Part shown: positions 60,351-64,000 of the stretch, one piece after another
How positions within the stretch are numbered: position 1 is the stretch's first letter
Layout: each line of letters begins with the position of its first letter
Assembly (NCBI GenBank): GCA_018664075.1
Contig: JABJOY010000074.1
Coordinates: 241-64,240, forward strand
Origin: Porticoccaceae bacterium
GTDB taxonomy: Bacteria > Pseudomonadota > Gammaproteobacteria > Pseudomonadales > Porticoccaceae
Reading direction: 5' to 3'
DNA: 64,000 nucleotides
Notes under the pieces: generated by a model
Told to the model about the DNA's origin: nothing
Seen by the model: the letters and a program-made list of their open reading frames with translations, nothing else
Databases searched by the model: none
Made by a program: the position numbers and the translations under genes

Positions 60351-61721
60351 CTAATCGATGACAAAGGTTCTAAAGATGGCTCTGCCCTGACGGTAAAAGC
60401 GAATCGCTATGGGAGTGTTTTCCGGCAACTCGGCGATCACCTGGGAATACTCATCAATATCATCAACACGGCTGTAACCCAGCTGCACAATAATATCGCC
60501 TTTTCTAATCCCGGCTTTGGCCGCTGCAGAATTGGCCGATACCTCGGCAACAACTACACCGCCGCGCAAGCGCATGGATTCCGCCTGCCGATCAGTTAGC
60601 TCCTGAGTGACCAGTCCCAGTCGATCACTGCCGTCGCCGATGTTTGCCACATCATCTGCATCCTTGTCCAGAGCAGCCACTGTGACATTGAGAATTTTAC
60701 GCTTACCTTCCCGATAGATCTCAACCCTGGCTTTCTCTCCCGGCGCCATCATACCCACCACATGGGGCAAATCACCGGAGTCGACAATAGGTTCGCCATC
60801 AAATCGAACAATAACATCCCCGGGCAGAATACCGCCCTTATCTGCAGGGCCATCTTCTTCCACTGCATTGATCAGCGCACCCTGAGGCTTGCCCAGCTCC
60901 AAAGACTCGGCCAGCGCCCTATCCACATCCTGAATAACCACTCCAAGCCAGCCGCGCTGCACTCGGCCATTCTCCTTAAGTTGCTCGACAACACCCAGAG
61001 CGACGCTGGTGGGAATCGAGAAAGACAGCCCAATGGACCCCCCGGAGCGAGAATAGATCTGCGAGTTAATACCCACTACCTTTCCATCCAGATTAAATAA
61101 AGGCCCCCCGGAATTGCCTGGGTTAATCGCCACATCTGTCTGTATAAAAGGCACATAGTTCTCGCCCTTCTCGGTGGGGATGCTGCGCCCAATAGCACTG
61201 ACGATGCCTCCGGCCACAGAGTAATCAAGGCCAAAAGGTGATCCTATGGCAAGCACCCATTCACCCACTCGCAGTTCGTCAGTATCGGCAAACTCCACTG
61301 TGGGCAGATCCTCTGCTTCTATCTTAAGCAGGGCCAGATCAGAGCGCCGATCTGAACCTACAATCTCGGCACTGTATTCAAGGCGATCGGCAAACAGCAC
61401 CTGTATCTTGTCAGCGCCATCAATCACATGGTGATTGGTTAAAATATACCCGTCATCAGAAATAACAAATCCCGAACCCATTGAGCGAGCAGGCCGCTCG
61501 GTCTGTGGTCGATTGCGCTGCTCCAGCAGCTCGCGAAATATATCCGGCAACTGCCCCTCGAAATTACGCTGAACTGGTGCTTTGCCTTTACTGATGGTAT
61601 TGATCTTTACCACTGCAGGAGAGACATCCTCTACAAGATCGGCAAAATTTGGCAGTTGGGCATGGACAGGTACGCTTACAAAAAAGAAAAATGCAGTGAC
61701 AGTGATAAATTTCTTCAGCAC
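60351..61721 (-). CDS. mucD: DegP/DegQ-family serine protease with two PDZ domains (MucD)
   Basis: GSGF, TNHHV, DLALL, INPGNSGGPL; position in the muc/rse operon. Confidence 0.92.
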   Translation of the reverse strand: MLKKFITVTAFFFFVSVPVHAQLPNFADLVEDVSPAVVKINTISKGKAPVQRNFEGQLPDIFRELLEQRNRPQTERPARSMGSGFVISDDGYILTNHHVIDGADKIQVLFADRLEYSAEIVGSDRRSDLALLKIEAEDLPTVEFADTDELRVGEWVLAIGSPFGLDYSVAGGIVSAIGRSIPTEKGENYVPFIQTDVAINPGNSGGPLFNLDGKVVGINSQIYSRSGGSIGLSFSIPTSVALGVVEQLKENGRVQRGWLGVVIQDVDRALAESLELGKPQGALINAVEEDGPADKGGILPGDVIVRFDGEPIVDSGDLPHVVGMMAPGEKARVEIYREGKRKILNVTVAALDKDADDVANIGDGSDRLGLVTQELTDRQAESMRLRGGVVVAEVSANSAAAKAGIRKGDIIVQLGYSRVDDIDEYSQVIAELPENTPIAIRFYRQGRAIFRTFVID

Positions 61722-61757
61722 AGAGTTATCTCCAATATTTATGTTGTGAAAGCGATA

Positions 61758-62216
61758 TTACAGAAAATCCAGATTTTGCTTTTCGCAATAGCTATCAAAT
61801 AAGACAGGGTTAGTACGCAAATCGTTCCTTGTTTTTTTACTGTGAAAATTCACCATCATGCCGCCGGCCAGCAAACCGCCTAGGGCGCCCAAGATACTGC
61901 CAGTATCGCCGGCAGAGCCCGCCAGCCAGGCGCCGGAGACCGCACAGATCACAGGCAACAGATAAACCAACAGCGAACCTTTGACAATAACGTCTTCGGG
62001 AATAGCGATATCCACATCCTGACCTATAGCAATAGCATCGGCGGAATGCCGATCAAGTAACACTCGTATACGATTAGTTTTGCCGGTTAGTTTAGACAGC
62101 ACCCTGGTGCCACAACCCTTCTGCGCAACACAGGCTTCACAGGCAGTCTTCTGAATAGTTTGCACCCACAGACTGTCGGACTCAATAGCCACTACAGTAC
62201 CGGTTTCAACAATCAT
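61758..62216 (-). CDS. rseC: RseC/MucC
   Basis: CEACVAQKGC, LVYLLP, two TM segments. Confidence 0.88.
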   Translation of the reverse strand: MIVETGTVVAIESDSLWVQTIQKTACEACVAQKGCGTRVLSKLTGKTNRIRVLLDRHSADAIAIGQDVDIAIPEDVIVKGSLLVYLLPVICAVSGAWLAGSAGDTGSILGALGGLLAGGMMVNFHSKKTRNDLRTNPVLFDSYCEKQNLDFL

Positions 62217-63202
62217 TTAATTGCCTGCACTGCACCTTCTATAGTGCTGGCCCGGGGACTAATGGAAGCGGCGATCTGTCGGGCTGTGGCATCGGGAATC
62301 TCACCCACCACACAGATAGCATAATGCTGTTCGCCCACAGTCACCTTGCTCAACACAGCCACTGTGGTGCCCAGCTTGGCATCCACGGGAGGGAAACGGC
62401 GACTCTTTTCCGCCGAATCGATAAACACCGAGAACAGAGCCAGACCATCTGTGTACATCCAGGACTCATCACCGGTGCTGCTGTCTATTTTGATATCGGA
62501 GAGAACAAAACCAGAGGGCAACCACGTGGGCTGCCATTTGGATGCAGAGGCATCGACCGCTTCACTGGATTCGAGACAGCCTGGCGCCTGCTGAGAATTA
62601 ACCAACTGCTCCGGGATTTGGATATTGTCCAGCTCACCGGGAAAAGATATATCAACATATTGGAACCGCTCCAGTGGCTTGCCGGACTGGCTGATCAACA
62701 TCGACTGAAGCATTAGGCCATTGAGCTTATCTATGGCCACAACATAGCCATAACGCAGCTTGTCCTTGGGCCGAATTTCAACCATATAGGCCATTCGCCC
62801 GGCAATTCTCGCATTGCCGCGGATATAAAAACTGTAGAGGTCATCCAAGCGAGGGCTATTGTCAGCCGCGAATTCGGTACCCAGAAGCAGCATCTCAGCC
62901 GGACGAGTGCAGCCTACATCATCACCGCGACGGACAATCTCATGGCCAGCACCATCCATATGCACAATGTGCTCGTAGCTCTGACCATCGCGCACCAGAT
63001 GAACGACTTTAATGCTGCGCAGGGTGCCGCGAAACTCATAGGTGAATACACCCCGATAGTTGAGCTCCTTAGACGCCTTGGCCGTGCCGCGAACAAGATC
63101 ATAGGCCGATTTAACTGACTCGGCGAACAATGGCCCATGAGCAAAAATGGCGGCTATAAAAGCCGCCAGTCTTAGGTTCTTACACCAATGGTTTAACCTC
63201 AT
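62213..63202 (-). CDS. rseB: sigmaE regulator RseB/MucB
   Basis: Start MRLNHW at 63202; NYRGVF, PKDKLRYGY, WLPSGF, YTDGLALFSVF. Confidence 0.9.
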   Translation of the reverse strand: MRLNHWCKNLRLAAFIAAIFAHGPLFAESVKSAYDLVRGTAKASKELNYRGVFTYEFRGTLRSIKVVHLVRDGQSYEHIVHMDGAGHEIVRRGDDVGCTRPAEMLLLGTEFAADNSPRLDDLYSFYIRGNARIAGRMAYMVEIRPKDKLRYGYVVAIDKLNGLMLQSMLISQSGKPLERFQYVDISFPGELDNIQIPEQLVNSQQAPGCLESSEAVDASASKWQPTWLPSGFVLSDIKIDSSTGDESWMYTDGLALFSVFIDSAEKSRRFPPVDAKLGTTVAVLSKVTVGEQHYAICVVGEIPDATARQIAASISPRASTIEGAVQAIK

Positions 63203-63206
63203 TGAA

Positions 63207-63899
63207 TCACTCTTGGCTGCTAGCAGCCTCACTTTTGGTAATCCGGGCAAAAGGCAGCATGCCCCGGTTACTGTTAAGTGCTGCATTGTTGGAATGTCGA
63301 AGCATAATGTCATCCATGTAGCCGCGCAATTGCTTTTCTGAAAAATTCATACTGTTAACTGGTCGTACCTGAACCACAGATACAGGGGGCTGAGACGTTT
63401 TTACAGAACCTCCGGCACTGACTGTACGAACTGGTGCGTTGGGCTGAAAACCTTCGGGGAACTGCAGAGCGGGGCCTGTGTTCTGCTGGCTGGCATCAAT
63501 ATCCATTTCAGCGAACTGCAGCGCATCTGCACTGGCGGGATCCGGGCTATTGAGCTGTTGCACACCGAGGACGGCTACCATGGCAACAGAAGCGGCAATG
63601 GCAAAGCGACCAGCTAAACTGGCAAAACGTGTAACGGGATTCTGTCTGTGAGTATCCTCTGCGTCGATGGCCACTGCTATAGAAGCAGAGAGATCGATTT
63701 TATCCACCGGCTCACCGGCCATAGATGCCGACACCATATGGTAGCGCTGCCAAATGCCGCGCACAGAATCTGAAGAGTCAATTTGTTGATCCTGATCAAT
63801 ACCTACTTCCTTTAGTATTCGATGCAGTTCAATCTCGCTAGTCTCCCCATCCATTAGGGCCGAAACTGATTCTGCCAAGCGCTCTTTGCTGTCGCTCAT
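63207..63899 (-). CDS. rseA: Anti-sigmaE factor RseA/MucA
   Basis: ESVSALMDGE, WQRYH, AIAASV TM segment, H..NAA C-terminus. Confidence 0.92.
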   Translation of the reverse strand: MSDSKERLAESVSALMDGETSEIELHRILKEVGIDQDQQIDSSDSVRGIWQRYHMVSASMAGEPVDKIDLSASIAVAIDAEDTHRQNPVTRFASLAGRFAIAASVAMVAVLGVQQLNSPDPASADALQFAEMDIDASQQNTGPALQFPEGFQPNAPVRTVSAGGSVKTSQPPVSVVQVRPVNSMNFSEKQLRGYMDDIMLRHSNNAALNSNRGMLPFARITKSEAASSQE

Positions 63900-63949
63900 T
63901 GTTTTACCTCGTTTACAAAATTAAGTCGTGTTGCCAAAAAGTCTCAGGG

Positions 63950-63976
63950 TATGACCGGTGATTATCAGAAAGGTTC
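63950..63976 (-). promoter_or_regulatory. Putative sigmaE (AlgU/RpoE) promoter for rseA
   Basis: GAACCT-16nt-TCATA, compared with consensus GAACTT-N16-TCTGA/TCAAA. Confidence 0.55.
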
Positions 63977-64000
63977 ACCAATCAATTAATTCTCACCCAT

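Overview
Almost entirely core-genome DNA from a Gammaproteobacterium. Gene order is Pseudomonas/Cellvibrionales-like and compact; a SAR92/Porticoccaceae-like organism is my inference, not shown. Most genes are on the minus strand. In order: nuoG(partial)-F-E-CD-B-A; purA-hisZ-DUF2065-hflC-hflK-hflX-hfq-miaA-mutL-amidase-tsaE-nnr; queG; orn/rsgA-rhdA-psd; a DUF3391/HD-GYP gene; hemE-gltD-gltB; aroB-aroK-pilQPONM; mrcA-yrfG-hslR-hslO; cytochrome c5, trpS, M18 aminopeptidase, beta-hydroxyacid dehydrogenase, uppP, tsaB; a Lys/Ala-rich histone-H1-like gene; adk, mazG, cysM, acpS; recO-era-rnc-DUF4845-lepB-lepA; mucD-rseC-rseB-rseA. I saw no tRNA/rRNA, mobile element or CRISPR array, and no clear multi-gene novel system. 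The observations most worth follow-up are: (1) an in-frame amber stop at an invariant Glu of pilQ; (2) a GspG-like Ca2+-binding motif (GPDGLPFTADDIT) in the variable loop of the PilQ secretin; (3) an H1/AlgP-like protein with basic tails on both sides of a helical core; (4) an HD-GYP protein that has lost most catalytic residues; (5) clean absence of pdxJ, rlmD-relA and motAB from their usual positions.
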